This document shows, piece by piece, positions 36,840-47,775 of a stretch of DNA of 64,000 nt (position 1 is the first letter of the stretch; every line of letters starts with the position of its first letter). This DNA is from Promethearchaeota archaeon (GTDB lineage Archaea; Asgardarchaeota; Lokiarchaeia; Sigyniarchaeales; SOKP01). The notes beneath the pieces were generated by a model. The model was not told where the DNA came from, did no database searches, and saw only the letters and a list, made by a program, of their open reading frames with translations. A program made the translations under genes and the position numbers. Location: contig JAHPZE010000002.1 of assembly GCA_019058365.1 (NCBI GenBank), positions 32,001-96,000 of the forward strand. The letters are read 5' to 3'.

Positions 36840-38164
36840 TAGATTCCTTTTTCCATGATTTTATTCTCATTTAGATTAATAAACTTGTGTAGAGTCGTTT
36901 GATTTCCTTTATTTATCAAAAGAAAAGGATCAGCTCTCTTTAATACTACACCAACCGATTTTAGATCTTGTCTACGTTTAAAAACGAATTTTCTAGTTCG
37001 CAAATTAATTATTCTTTTAGCAGAAATTGGACCAATTCCCGGAACTCGAATTAAATCTTGGTAAGATGCTTGATTTGGATCTACAGACCCATGATCTTTA
37101 AAATATTTTCTTGCTAAGTGCATTTTTGGGTCACCTCTAGGTAAATTACACTCTTCATTTAGTATTTCCTTCAAATCCTTCAATTTATAATGATATATCC
37201 GTAATAACCAATCACTTTGATATAATCTGTGCTCTCTTGTTAATGGAGCGGCTTGTTTGCCAGCTAAGGGTGTCCCTTTTATAGGAATAAATGAAGAAAA
37301 ATATGCTCGCCTTAAGTCAATTCCTTTATATCCCCAATCAATTCTCTTAAGTAGATCATAATCAGTCTCATTTTCCGCAGCACCCACTACAAATTGTGTC
37401 GTTTGTCCACTATTAAGAATTGGAGCTCCATCCCATCTAAATTTTTTATAACCATCTTCTCGTCGGTCCTTAATCATTCTTTCTTGGAATTTCAATTGAT
37501 TTTCTTGCTTAAAATCTCGCATAATTTTTAGTGCCTCATCATTATGTCTAACTCGAATTTGTTTTAACCAACGCTGGCGTGTTATGATATCATTATTGAA
37601 ATCTTTCTGTTCAGCAATTTCAGCTAAATAGTCTTTAGTTGAGGCTTCAGAATTTATTGAAATACGATCAGATAGAGATATTGCTTCCTTTAACAAATAT
37701 TGGCTTACACCGGGTAAACATTTAAAATGAACATATCCACGAAATTTATATTTAAATCTAAGAAGTCTAATTGCCTCCAACATCTCTTCGGTTGTCTTAT
37801 CTGCACTACCACAAACTCCTGATGAAATGAAAACTCCTTCTACAACATTCATCGAATAAAGCTTCATAAATGTCCGAGCATATTCTTCTGGAGTAAAACT
37901 TAACTTCTGTTTTGCACTATGAGAAAAGCAATACTTGCAATTATATATACACTTATTAGTATATAGAGTTTTAAATAAGCTCATACATCGCCCATCAGGA
38001 GTATAGGAATGGCAAATCCCCGCACTTGCTGTTGCCCCAATCCATTTTTTTGAATCTCCGAAAAGTTTTGGATATTTATCAGTACGACTGGAAGCAGTAC
38101 TGGCACAAATATCATACTTTGAATTTTCTCCTAAGATACGAATCTTTTCCAAAACAGAAGGCAC
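36839..38164 (-). CDS. Putative DNA modification/repair radical SAM protein (TIGR03916-like) with HhH
   Basis: GICHSYTPDGRC.SLFK.L.TN.C.YNC.YC, GQTTQFVVGA, REHRLYQSDWLLR.Y, L.RVPGIGP.SA. Confidence 0.92.
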   Translation of the reverse strand: MPSVLEKIRILGENSKYDICASTASSRTDKYPKLFGDSKKWIGATASAGICHSYTPDGRCMSLFKTLYTNKCIYNCKYCFSHSAKQKLSFTPEEYARTFMKLYSMNVVEGVFISSGVCGSADKTTEEMLEAIRLLRFKYKFRGYVHFKCLPGVSQYLLKEAISLSDRISINSEASTKDYLAEIAEQKDFNNDIITRQRWLKQIRVRHNDEALKIMRDFKQENQLKFQERMIKDRREDGYKKFRWDGAPILNSGQTTQFVVGAAENETDYDLLKRIDWGYKGIDLRRAYFSSFIPIKGTPLAGKQAAPLTREHRLYQSDWLLRIYHYKLKDLKEILNEECNLPRGDPKMHLARKYFKDHGSVDPNQASYQDLIRVPGIGPISAKRIINLRTRKFVFKRRQDLKSVGVVLKRADPFLLINKGNQTTLHKFINLNENKIMEKGI

Positions 38165-38292
38165 TTTACTCCTCAGCTAAATAGAATAACATACCTTATA
38201 ATGGTATATATGTTTAAATCTTGAAATTTTCCTTATAAAAAGAGAGGGGATATTGAATTTTCAATAAAATTTTAGGTTGCAAAAATATTACT

Positions 38293-38718
38293 TCATTTCA
38301 GGTTATTTTTTAAGTCTTTAAGAATATTTTTCCTTATTTTACCAAAATTTTCACCTTTATCAGCAAAAGTAGGTATATCCCCATGAGCAGGTTTGTATGA
38401 ATCCATTCTTATTCGAAAATATGTACGAATTATGTCTACGATTGCATCAGAATAATCCATCCAAATCCCAGCTTCAATATTTTCATTTAAAAGATCGAGC
38501 CAGAAAGTTGGAATTGAAAAAATAATTCTTGTAGTATTTGCTACTGATTCAGTAGAAGATATAATAGTAGAAGGTCTTCCTTCTTTATCCCATTGTTTAG
38601 CTGCTGAAATTGTACCATATGAACACTTTTCATCAATAACAATAGAAGATTGTTTTTCTCCTTTTTCAAGTCTTTCAAGAATACGTAAATATTTTTCTTT
38701 ATCAATTTTTCTTGGCAT
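38293..38718 (-). CDS. Putative DNA-binding protein (HTH-like plus ribbon-helix-helix-like)
   Basis: N-terminal 'L..GE....I.....CS.GTIS' and 'RIIFSIP....LL...I..G....YSDAI...IR'. Confidence 0.55.
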   Translation of the reverse strand: MPRKIDKEKYLRILERLEKGEKQSSIVIDEKCSYGTISAAKQWDKEGRPSTIISSTESVANTTRIIFSIPTFWLDLLNENIEAGIWMDYSDAIVDIIRTYFRIRMDSYKPAHGDIPTFADKGENFGKIRKNILKDLKNNLK

Positions 38719-38840
38719 AATATTCTCACTTACTACTATAATATCTACTATTATATTTAAATGTTTATAGTAGAGAAATAATATAATATATTTTTAAAAC
38801 TACCACTAATCAAAATAAGAAGAAATAACAATCCTTTTAT

Positions 38841-39122
38841 TCAAAAAGGTAAGTATAAATTTTCTATTGTTTGATAAATTTTTTTCTCTTCACTTAAATA
38901 AGAATTATGGGACAAATCTTCATCAGAATGGTTCTGAATCCACATTTTGTTTTCAAGTGCCTTTAATGACGTTAGAATTCGTTTTGCTTCGTTTTTTGAT
39001 TCTGCACTATTAAGACATTTAATTAAAAAATTTATATAATTCAGAAGCAACTTTCTTAATTTTTCTCTTTTTGTTTGCAGGAGGTTTAATCTATTGCTTA
39101 CATAAGTTGTTGTTTGCATCAT
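38841..39122 (-). CDS. Hypothetical protein
   Basis: 93-aa ATG ORF with no motif. Confidence 0.5.
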   Translation of the reverse strand: MMQTTTYVSNRLNLLQTKREKLRKLLLNYINFLIKCLNSAESKNEAKRILTSLKALENKMWIQNHSDEDLSHNSYLSEEKKIYQTIENLYLPF

Positions 39123-39292
39123 TATATTCCAAGAAAGATCTCAAATTATGAGATAATTTAAATACGAATAATATGTATATATTATCGATTTTTCTCGAAA
39201 TTTTAAATTAATTTAGCTATCCATGAATGATAAACAAACTAAAATCTATTTTTATATTAGCAAATTATATTTAATAAAAACCAATAAACTAA

Positions 39293-41122
39293 ATGGAATT
39301 AAAAATGCCTAAATATACTGGTGGAGAGATTATCTCCAAATATCTGATAAAAGAGGGAGTAAAATATGTTGTCGGGATTCCTGGTCACGGAAATCTTCCT
39401 CTTGTAGACGCTTTCTTCAAAGATAAGGAGAAAATTCAGTTGATTCAACCTAAGCAGGAAATGGCAGGAGTTCATCTCGCTGTAGGATATTATAGAATTA
39501 CAGGACAACCTTTATGCGTTTTTACTTCAATTGGGCCAGGAGCAATTAATACCGCTATTGGTATTGCTGATGCTTTTGTTGATTCATTTCCTTGTCTTAT
39601 AATTACGGGAGATACCCATGTTCATATGAGAGGGAAAGGGGTACTCCAAGAAATTGAAAGAAAAAAAGATTCTAGTATGCCCAAAATTTTAGAACCTATT
39701 GTAAAAAGGAGTTTCGAGGTAGATACTGTAGGACAACTAGCAACGATAATGCAGAGAGCTTTTAATATTATGTTAACCGGAAGAAGAGGACCAGTTCATA
39801 TTGATCTTCCTATGGATGTGCAAGCGAATTCTATTGAGGTGGAGATTCCAGAGCCTCTTGAGAGAAGATCAATCGGTCGGATAAGAGGAGATCCTGAGAT
39901 TATTAAGAAAGCTGTCCACTTAATTAAAAACTCAAAAAGACCTGTTTTATTTATAGGTGGAGGAGCAATTTCCTCAGAAACTAGTGAGGAGATAAGAACA
40001 CTAGCAGAAAAAATAGGTGCAGCAGTGGTCGTTACCATGATGGGGAAAGATATTATTGATAATTCTAATCCACTTTATTGTTGGTCAGCAGGTTCCAAAG
40101 GTACAACAGTGGGATTAAAAATGACGACAAATGCTGACGTTATTCTTGCCGTCGGTTGTAGATTTGCTGATGAAACTGCGAGTTCGTATAAAGATGGAGT
40201 TAGTTTTTCGATACCACCAACAAAACTAATCCAATTAGATATAGATCCTCATGAAATTGGTAAGAATTATCCTGTTTCTGTAGGAATAGTTGGTGACGCT
40301 AAAGCTTGTTTGACCCAAATTTTAGAAGAGTTAGGAGATTATTCAAGAGATTATAAGAATACAGAATATTATAAAGAAATTCAACAAGAGAAACATAAAT
40401 GGTTCAAATTTCTTGATGAGAATCGGGATGATTCAAAAATACCTGTTATGATATCTACAGTTTTAAGAGAAGTAAGAAACTTTTTTGACAGAGATGCTGT
40501 AATAGTAACTAGTTCTGGAAATGTGCAAGCTCAGATGCTTCAAGAATTAGAGTTTTATGAACCTAAAACATGTCTTACCGCTGGAGGATTCTCAACAATG
40601 GGTTATAGTATTCCAGCAGCGATTGGCGCTAAACTGGGTTCAAAAGATATTGGAAAACCTGATAGACAAGTTGTTGCGCTTGTTGGAGATGGAGATTTTA
40701 TGATGACTATATCAGAATTATCTATAGCAGTTCAACTCGGATTGGATAACATCTTCTTTATTATTCTTAATAATCATGGCTGGATTGCAATTAAAGACTT
40801 ACAACAAGCTGCGTTTGGTGAAGATAGGGGTTATGGTACAGCTTTTGAAGATATAGAAGGAAAAACATATTCCCCTGATTTTGCTAAAATCGGTGAAGCA
40901 TTTGGTTGCTATTCTGAAAAAATTTCTAGCAAAAAAGAGATTATTCCTACACTTGAAAGAGCAGCTAAATCAGGAAAACCAGCAGTAATAGAAATTGAAG
41001 TTCAAAGAGAATATCCCTATACAGGATCTCCCGCTGTAGGTTGGTGGGATGTTCCAATACCAGAATATATAAAAGACCGAAGAAAGAAATATGAACAAGA
41101 AAGTAAGGGAGAAAAGCTCTAA
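39293..41122 (+). CDS. Thiamine-pyrophosphate enzyme, acetolactate synthase large-subunit family
   Basis: GIPGHGN, SIGPGA.N, GPVHIDLPMDVQ, MGYSIPAAIGAK, GDGDF..., ILNN. Confidence 0.9.
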   Translation: MELKMPKYTGGEIISKYLIKEGVKYVVGIPGHGNLPLVDAFFKDKEKIQLIQPKQEMAGVHLAVGYYRITGQPLCVFTSIGPGAINTAIGIADAFVDSFPCLIITGDTHVHMRGKGVLQEIERKKDSSMPKILEPIVKRSFEVDTVGQLATIMQRAFNIMLTGRRGPVHIDLPMDVQANSIEVEIPEPLERRSIGRIRGDPEIIKKAVHLIKNSKRPVLFIGGGAISSETSEEIRTLAEKIGAAVVVTMMGKDIIDNSNPLYCWSAGSKGTTVGLKMTTNADVILAVGCRFADETASSYKDGVSFSIPPTKLIQLDIDPHEIGKNYPVSVGIVGDAKACLTQILEELGDYSRDYKNTEYYKEIQQEKHKWFKFLDENRDDSKIPVMISTVLREVRNFFDRDAVIVTSSGNVQAQMLQELEFYEPKTCLTAGGFSTMGYSIPAAIGAKLGSKDIGKPDRQVVALVGDGDFMMTISELSIAVQLGLDNIFFIILNNHGWIAIKDLQQAAFGEDRGYGTAFEDIEGKTYSPDFAKIGEAFGCYSEKISSKKEIIPTLERAAKSGKPAVIEIEVQREYPYTGSPAVGWWDVPIPEYIKDRRKKYEQESKGEKL

Positions 41123-42657
41123 TTCTGATAAATTGCATATTTATCATCTAAAATTTTCTTTAAATTGTTAGGAAGGTTAAATTTTCTAGCATAAAAATCA
41201 AAAATAGTATCATCAATTACTTTCTGCTCTTTATTATAATCATACTTGGAGTTTTTTTCTTTACATTTAATAATTGTATCCACTAATTTTTCTACTTTTT
41301 CTTTAATTTCCTTTTCGGGTTCTATAAAAGGGATGGCATGGATTCCAGTAATTTGGATACTACTAGTATTATTGATAATTCCCTTGGCAAGGTAATTATA
41401 TAACGAGCTATTAAGCAAACCTAACATATAGCCAATTGAAACAAATTTACTTTTAATTATAAATCCAATTGCTTTATTAGAATCCCAATAGCATCCCCTT
41501 GGCATATAACGTGCTGCTAATCTTGAACTTACTCCGCTTATTATTATCCCTTCTTCTTCAAACGGTACATTTTTTGGAATATCATAAATTTTTATAGCTT
41601 CCTCACTCCAATCTAAGGCTTCCATGATTGGTCGATAATACTGGTCGGCGCCACCTCGTTTTAAATAAGGCTTCCATTTAATGTTTTCTAAACCCGATCT
41701 CTTAATAATTTTGAATTTATTTTGCGAATCATTAATCTTCATGTTTCTATTATTAAACAACTCAGCTAGTTCTGTGCCCTCAATAGCAGCAATATATTTT
41801 CTATTATTATGTGTGTGCATTCCTATAAAACCCTTTAAGTATTCTTCTAATTTAGGAGCTTTTTCAAATAATTCAATAACTTTTTCATCAACATCGGTAT
41901 AAAAAATGTTAAATGGTAAAAAATTATACTTGAATTGCTTTATTTGATTAACATTTGGAGGAGATTGGTAGTCTTCCTCATTATCTATTCGAGGAATTAT
42001 CCTCATTAAATTATTATCTCTGTTAACTTTATTTTTCTGACCTGAACATTTTGTTAAAATTATAATTGCAGGGCTAGTACTTACATTTTGATTAGAAAAC
42101 AAATTTTTTGGTGCTAAAAGAATTTCGTTAATTTTACAGGTATTAAGGATAAATCTTCTTAGCTTTTTATGGGTACTTAGAGTCAAGAACGAATCACTGG
42201 TGATAAAACCAAGTTTTCCTCCCTCTTTTAATCTCCAAATACTATTAACAATAAACATTGCATAGGTTTCATGAGCATTTATTTTCCCATATATTTTTTG
42301 TAGTTTTGCTTTGTTTGTACGAATATATTTACTTGTCTTGTTTAAATACGGTGGATTGCCCACAATAAAATCAAATTCATTATATGAGTCAGGATATAAA
42401 GCTAGAAGTGTATCTTGCTCCTTAAAGAAAATACCTAATCTTTTTATTTCAATTTTAAAGTTTGAATTTATATCATAAGCAAATATTTGATTTTTATTAA
42501 TTCCAGATTCTAGTAACTTCTTTATAAAAATACCTGGTCCTGCACACGGGTCCATAATTTTGTGATCTTCTTGAATTCCTCCTAATCTTGACATAATATA
42601 TTCTACAGTATTAGGAGGAGTAATAACTATTCCTAAATCCTTATTATTATACTGGAT
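41119..42657 (-). CDS. Eco57I/TaqI-like N6-adenine DNA methyltransferase (start probably upstream of ATG 42594)
   Basis: DPCAGPGIF (motif I), VGNPPY (motif IV), GFIT.DSFL, LLNS TaqI_C-like; the motif-X-like GIVITPP lies upstream of the ATG. Confidence 0.85.
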   Translation of the reverse strand: MQYNNKDLGIVITPPNTVEYIMSRLGGIQEDHKIMDPCAGPGIFIKKLLESGINKNQIFAYDINSNFKIEIKRLGIFFKEQDTLLALYPDSYNEFDFIVGNPPYLNKTSKYIRTNKAKLQKIYGKINAHETYAMFIVNSIWRLKEGGKLGFITSDSFLTLSTHKKLRRFILNTCKINEILLAPKNLFSNQNVSTSPAIIILTKCSGQKNKVNRDNNLMRIIPRIDNEEDYQSPPNVNQIKQFKYNFLPFNIFYTDVDEKVIELFEKAPKLEEYLKGFIGMHTHNNRKYIAAIEGTELAELFNNRNMKINDSQNKFKIIKRSGLENIKWKPYLKRGGADQYYRPIMEALDWSEEAIKIYDIPKNVPFEEEGIIISGVSSRLAARYMPRGCYWDSNKAIGFIIKSKFVSIGYMLGLLNSSLYNYLAKGIINNTSSIQITGIHAIPFIEPEKEIKEKVEKLVDTIIKCKEKNSKYDYNKEQKVIDDTIFDFYARKFNLPNNLKKILDDKYAIYQN

Positions 42658-42674
42658 AACTAATCAGCGCTCTA

Positions 42675-43835
42675 TTATTGTTTATTTAAATTAATATCAA
42701 CTTCACTTAATAGGACTGTATAAAATTGGCAGAGTTTCTTCAATATATTTATATCAATTTTATCCAGATCATCGTCTTCAGAATGAACATAATTATAAGT
42801 GCTTTTGTCTCCATTACCAAGTCCCTTGAATTTTTTATTTAATAGAAATAATCCATCACTATATGTACCAATGTAAAACCTGTGTGTTTTCTTCTCTAAA
42901 CTCATTATATCTTTATTTTCTAAAATATAATTAAAAGATTTATAATTTTTATTATTAAGTAGACCATGATCCCATAGATTTACTTTTTTAGCGATAGAGT
43001 CAAAGTTGATTATGAAAGTCTTATCTCTATCAAAATCTTTGATATTATTATAAAAATTTCTTACACCCATAGTCCCAGATTCTTCTGCGCCAGTAAATAC
43101 AAACCACAAATGATAATTATTGAGTATATTTTTTGGATTTGAATAATAATGTAGCAGTTCTAAAACACATGATATTCCAGAAGCATTATCTATAGCTCCT
43201 TTAGATTTATTATTAGTTTTATTTATCCAAAGTATAACAGTAGCTCCAAGATTAATACTTATGATCAAAATTGCAAATATATTTATTAAAAAGAAATCTT
43301 CAGTTAAGAAAAAAGAATTTAAGATGGTAATTAAAAGACCTAGGGAAAAAGTGATAATCCATATATAATACAACTGGATACGAATTTTTATTGAGAATGT
43401 CTGGCCTTTTGAATCTAAATGTGAAAATAGGAAAATATTATAATCTGAGATTTCATTCTTAGCCTGAGATGGTAGTTTCACAAATAAATTCTGAGAATGA
43501 TATTCATGCAGTACTTTAATTGTTTCTGGATTCCGAGTATATAAAATTAGAATCAAAATTAAAATGAATATCAAAAATAGATTAACTATATTGAAAACTA
43601 AATTAAAATTCAAAACTAAAACCACAATAAACCAACTTAGTAATGTTAAAGCAACTTTCGGATAAATTCTTGAATAGAAAATACTAAAAGAAAATTCTTG
43701 AACTATCGGTGAAAGACTTAGATCTTCTATTTTATTTTTACCAATATTGAATGATCTCTTCTCAAAGTCAGTTCCAGATAACCTTGGAAAAGAAAATTCT
43801 TTTAAATTTTTCAATATACGCGTTTCATCAATCAT
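42675..43835 (-). CDS. M28 family metallopeptidase, membrane-embedded
   Basis: SHLDSK, GAIDNASG, FTGAEESG, INFD, HS..D. Confidence 0.88.
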   Translation of the reverse strand: MIDETRILKNLKEFSFPRLSGTDFEKRSFNIGKNKIEDLSLSPIVQEFSFSIFYSRIYPKVALTLLSWFIVVLVLNFNLVFNIVNLFLIFILILILILYTRNPETIKVLHEYHSQNLFVKLPSQAKNEISDYNIFLFSHLDSKGQTFSIKIRIQLYYIWIITFSLGLLITILNSFFLTEDFFLINIFAILIISINLGATVILWINKTNNKSKGAIDNASGISCVLELLHYYSNPKNILNNYHLWFVFTGAEESGTMGVRNFYNNIKDFDRDKTFIINFDSIAKKVNLWDHGLLNNKNYKSFNYILENKDIMSLEKKTHRFYIGTYSDGLFLLNKKFKGLGNGDKSTYNYVHSEDDDLDKIDINILKKLCQFYTVLLSEVDINLNKQ

Positions 43836-43846
43836 AATTTAAAAAT

Positions 43847-45514
43847 TTATTGTAGATATGCTCCATATTTTGCTGAGCTTACGATTTTTCTATAAATGTT
43901 TAAATAACCAGTTTCAATTTTTACTTCAGGTTTTTCCCATTCGTTTAACCGGTTCTCAATTTCTCCTTGAGGGATTAATAAGTCTAATTTTCGATTATCA
44001 ATATCAATTTCTATCATATCACCGTTATGAACTATTGCAATTGGGCCTCCTTCAATTGCTTCAGGACACACATGCCCTATACAAGGACCTCTCGTAGCTC
44101 CAGAGTATCTTCCATCGGTTATCATTGCTACTGAATCACTTAAACCCATACCTACTAAAATAGCTGCTGGAATTGATAATTCTCTCATTCCTGGAGAACC
44201 TTTAGGGCCTTCATAGCGAATAACTAATACATTACCTTCTTCGATTTTATTTAACAATAAAGCATCTTTCAAATCTTCCTCACATTCAAAGACTTTAGCA
44301 GGACCTTTATGATATCTCATTTTGGGATCAATAGCACTTTGTTTTATTATAGCTCCTTCAGGTGCTAAACTCCCTTTTAATACAGCAATTGCTCCCTCAC
44401 TTGAGATTGGATCGTTTAAGTTCCTTATAATTTGGAAATCGGTAAAATCCACATTTTTAAGATAATCCTTAAGTGTTAATCCTAGAACAGTTTTTGTTGA
44501 TAAATTCAACAACTTTGATAATTTTTTCATTAAAACTTTAACACCACCAGCTTCATGGAACTCAGAGAGATTGTATTCTGATGCTGGTTTGAACTTGGCT
44601 AGAAGCGGAACTGATTTGCTGATTTTATCGAAATCAAAATGGTTTAGATTACCACCTATTTCATGAGATAACGCACATAAATGTAGGACCATATTAGTAG
44701 ATCCACCAAATGATAATGCAACCTTAATTGCATTTTCAATTGAATCATGAGTTATTATATCTAAAACCTTTATTCCTTTTTCAATTAAGTTCATGATCGT
44801 TTTACCTGTGTGTTTGCATAATTCTATTCGTTCCTCACTAACAGCACTCAATGTTGCACAATCTGGTAAAGAAAGACCCATTGTTTCCACGATACAAGCC
44901 ATAGTATTGGCAGTACCCATCATATTACAAGCTCCAGGAGAACAACATGTTTCTGATTCAATGAGAAAAAAATCTTCTTTTGATATTAAACCTGCATTAT
45001 ATTTTCCAATTGCTTCTTTAATATCAGATGTTACATAAGTTTGACCTTTAAGAGATCCATCTTGAAACGTTTTAGGAAGCATAATTCCTCCAGTTAAAAA
45101 GATTGTCGGAATATTACATCTAGCTGCTGCTAAAAGCATCCCTGGTATAATTTTATCACAAGTACATATCATTACCATCCCATCAAAATCATAGGCTTTA
45201 ATAGTACATTCAATCGAAGCTGCAATTATATCTCTCGAAGGTAGAATATATTTTGAAAAATTTCCAGAATTAGCTATTCCATCACATGGAGCAATAGTAT
45301 TAAATTCCATAGGAGTACCACCAGCTTGTTTGACACCTTCTTTAACAAATCCAGCTAATTTACGTAAGTGTATATGTCCCGGATTAATTTCATTCCATGA
45401 ATTTACTATTGCAACTTTTGGTTTTTGTAACTCTTCGTAAGAATAACCACATCCGCGATATAGAGCACGTTCATATGCTTTTTTTGGATCTAATTCTTTT
45501 ATATTTGATAACAT
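43847..45514 (-). CDS. ilvD: Dihydroxy-acid dehydratase (IlvD/Edd family)
   Basis: [47 protein letters not shown]...GHV.PEA. Confidence 0.92.
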   Translation of the reverse strand: MLSNIKELDPKKAYERALYRGCGYSYEELQKPKVAIVNSWNEINPGHIHLRKLAGFVKEGVKQAGGTPMEFNTIAPCDGIANSGNFSKYILPSRDIIAASIECTIKAYDFDGMVMICTCDKIIPGMLLAAARCNIPTIFLTGGIMLPKTFQDGSLKGQTYVTSDIKEAIGKYNAGLISKEDFFLIESETCCSPGACNMMGTANTMACIVETMGLSLPDCATLSAVSEERIELCKHTGKTIMNLIEKGIKVLDIITHDSIENAIKVALSFGGSTNMVLHLCALSHEIGGNLNHFDFDKISKSVPLLAKFKPASEYNLSEFHEAGGVKVLMKKLSKLLNLSTKTVLGLTLKDYLKNVDFTDFQIIRNLNDPISSEGAIAVLKGSLAPEGAIIKQSAIDPKMRYHKGPAKVFECEEDLKDALLLNKIEEGNVLVIRYEGPKGSPGMRELSIPAAILVGMGLSDSVAMITDGRYSGATRGPCIGHVCPEAIEGGPIAIVHNGDMIEIDIDNRKLDLLIPQGEIENRLNEWEKPEVKIETGYLNIYRKIVSSAKYGAYLQ

Positions 45515-45596
45515 TGAGATTTATAAAAATATTTAATTAATGAAATTTCCCATAATAAATCAATTTCTCAAGAAATGATTAAATAATCATGTGTAT

Positions 45597-46499
45597 TTAA
45601 TCATTAATAATAGGATTTTTATCCATGCAAGGAACTCCAAATTGACAAAATGCGCATCCAACTGGATATGTAGGAGGCCTTAATTTCCTATTCACACAAC
45701 GAATGTGGGGTTTTAATATTGGCCCTATTTTTGCTATTATTTTTCTTGCTACTTTTTGCCCATATTCATAACATTTTATTTTATCGTGGCCATTTTCATC
45801 GATAGCATTAGCTGGACATCTCTCTTCACATTCTCTACAAATCCCTTTTGCATAATATAAGCAATTTCCATAAGGGTTATCACTCTTTCTTGTAGTAATT
45901 TTGAGTGGAGCATCAGTAACAACAGAAGCTAGTCTAATATTACAACCAACATCAGTAATTAGCCCCTCATGCAAACTAAATGTTCCTAAGCCCGTTGCAA
46001 AAGCTATATGGCGTTCTGACCATGTTGAGTAAAAATTTTTCTTTAAAATTATAGAAAAGGATTTACTCAACATCCCAGCTATAGCCTTATAACCGTTACC
46101 TTCAAAAAATCCGATAATCTGTCTACATGTTTCTTGTTTAAAAGAATTAGCATAATTTCTTCCTACAGAATAAATTTCAGCTGGAACTATCACTCTTGAT
46201 AACTTTTTTATATTTTTACTTTCATTGCGGATTTTATCAACAAATGGAAATACGATTGATAAAATTCGGAGTTTAGAAGCTTCTATCGTTTCTTGATCCT
46301 CTGCTAACCATAACTCAAGAGGAGTTAAATGTTCAGGTCCAACGACTTCTTTAAATTTTTGAAAAATTGGATCGTCTCCTTGGGCAACTCCAACTTTTGG
46401 ATTAGAAAAAATTCTGCCTCCACCATAATTTTCTTGGAGGCGATTAAGCTTACTTGTTTCAAAAAATGACTCAAGATACGAATATATTTCATTAATCAA
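45597..46499 (-). CDS. Epoxyqueuosine-reductase-like cobalamin/4Fe-4S protein
   Basis: WSERH.AFA.GLG.FSL..G.IT..G...RL.S.VT, C..C...CP..AI, C..CQ..VPC. Confidence 0.8.
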   Translation of the reverse strand: MINEIYSYLESFFETSKLNRLQENYGGGRIFSNPKVGVAQGDDPIFQKFKEVVGPEHLTPLELWLAEDQETIEASKLRILSIVFPFVDKIRNESKNIKKLSRVIVPAEIYSVGRNYANSFKQETCRQIIGFFEGNGYKAIAGMLSKSFSIILKKNFYSTWSERHIAFATGLGTFSLHEGLITDVGCNIRLASVVTDAPLKITTRKSDNPYGNCLYYAKGICRECEERCPANAIDENGHDKIKCYEYGQKVARKIIAKIGPILKPHIRCVNRKLRPPTYPVGCAFCQFGVPCMDKNPIIND

Positions 46500-46725
46500 A
46501 AAAAATTACCATTTCTTATATAGTAGATAAAAATAATTTATAGGGAGATTTTATAAACTTAATTAAAAAATATACTTTTAAGTGTTTTATAAAGAATATC
46601 TTGTAATATTATTTCTTATTGTTGCTAAAAATATATCCAATATTGTCATATACTATAATCTTGAATTAACGATTAGGTCATAATTAAAGGTTTTAATTTT
46701 TCTGAAATTTAATATATAATTATCT

Positions 46726-47775
46726 TTATTTAAGTAGATTCTTAATGAATTCACCTAAAAATGCCTCTAAACTGTTCTTTAAATCATTAATCCAAGCGGA
46801 ACCATCTAATTCTTTGGTTTTAAATGAATTTGTATTTTGATTTAAAACAATTGAAATTTCGGATTCTAATCTTTCTTTAGGGTTAGCTTCCTTAAATTCC
46901 TCTGTTAAACCAAAATAAATATAGTCTGCAAGATTTTTTATTAAAATTTCTATGAATTCTTCAAATTTATATATCATACCAAATTGAAAATATGATGAAA
47001 GAAATTGTGTAATTGACATTTCGAGTTCTCGTTTTGGAATTTCATTTTTATTAAAGCAATAAAACTTTATTAATCGTTCTATCATTGTTCCATCAAATCT
47101 TATTTTTGTAGTGTTTAATATTTTTTTTTCTTCCTTTGGAGTTATGATCTGTGCTAATTTCGACGTAGATACTTCATTATAGTCATTTTGAATAATCTCT
47201 GATAATCCTGAACGTAGGGTAAATAAGTTAGTATTGATTCTTTCATTGTTATAAAAAATTGTTGGAACTTTTGGTTGATGTTCTTCAAGAATTTCATTTA
47301 GACTTGGAGTTTTTCTATTAAAAGGTAAGAAAAAAATTTCATATAGCGTGCTAAATTCAAACTCTTTCATATCTTTTTTGAATATTTTTCTTATATATTC
47401 ATCGTAATCAAGAAAAAACAAAGAAATACAGTCATCAAGTGCAGTATAGTAATCAGCATATTGTTCTTTAATAAGATACTTCTTATATTCTGACCTGAAA
47501 TGATTAGCTCGGATCCACTCAAAAGCAAGATCTAAAACACTCTTCTCTTTAATAATTTTGTTTTTATAATAGTTTATTGTATCTATAACCTCTAAAGTTG
47601 AGGGTCTAATTGATTGGTTAACAAGAAATTGAGCTATGATTTCGATTGTAGATGAAGAATTGGATTGGTTTTCAATTCTCTTGTAATAACTCAGTAGACG
47701 TTCTTTATCAATACTTATTGCGTGTTTAAAGCTATATTTTTCCAAGATCTTTACACTCTTAATATTTTTAATCAA
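46726..47775 (-). CDS. Hypothetical protein
   Basis: 349-aa ORF overlapping the upstream gene's stop. Confidence 0.7.
   Translation of the reverse strand: MIKNIKSVKILEKYSFKHAISIDKERLLSYYKRIENQSNSSSTIEIIAQFLVNQSIRPSTLEVIDTINYYKNKIIKEKSVLDLAFEWIRANHFRSEYKKYLIKEQYADYYTALDDCISLFFLDYDEYIRKIFKKDMKEFEFSTLYEIFFLPFNRKTPSLNEILEEHQPKVPTIFYNNERINTNLFTLRSGLSEIIQNDYNEVSTSKLAQIITPKEEKKILNTTKIRFDGTMIERLIKFYCFNKNEIPKRELEMSITQFLSSYFQFGMIYKFEEFIEILIKNLADYIYFGLTEEFKEANPKERLESEISIVLNQNTNSFKTKELDGSAWINDLKNSLEAFLGEFIKNLLK

Noticed and set aside
37420-37560. Apparent insertion in the radical SAM protein as an in-frame intron or intein
   Set aside because: It reads as ordinary coding sequence; I saw no BHB pairing at the edges and no intein terminal residues.
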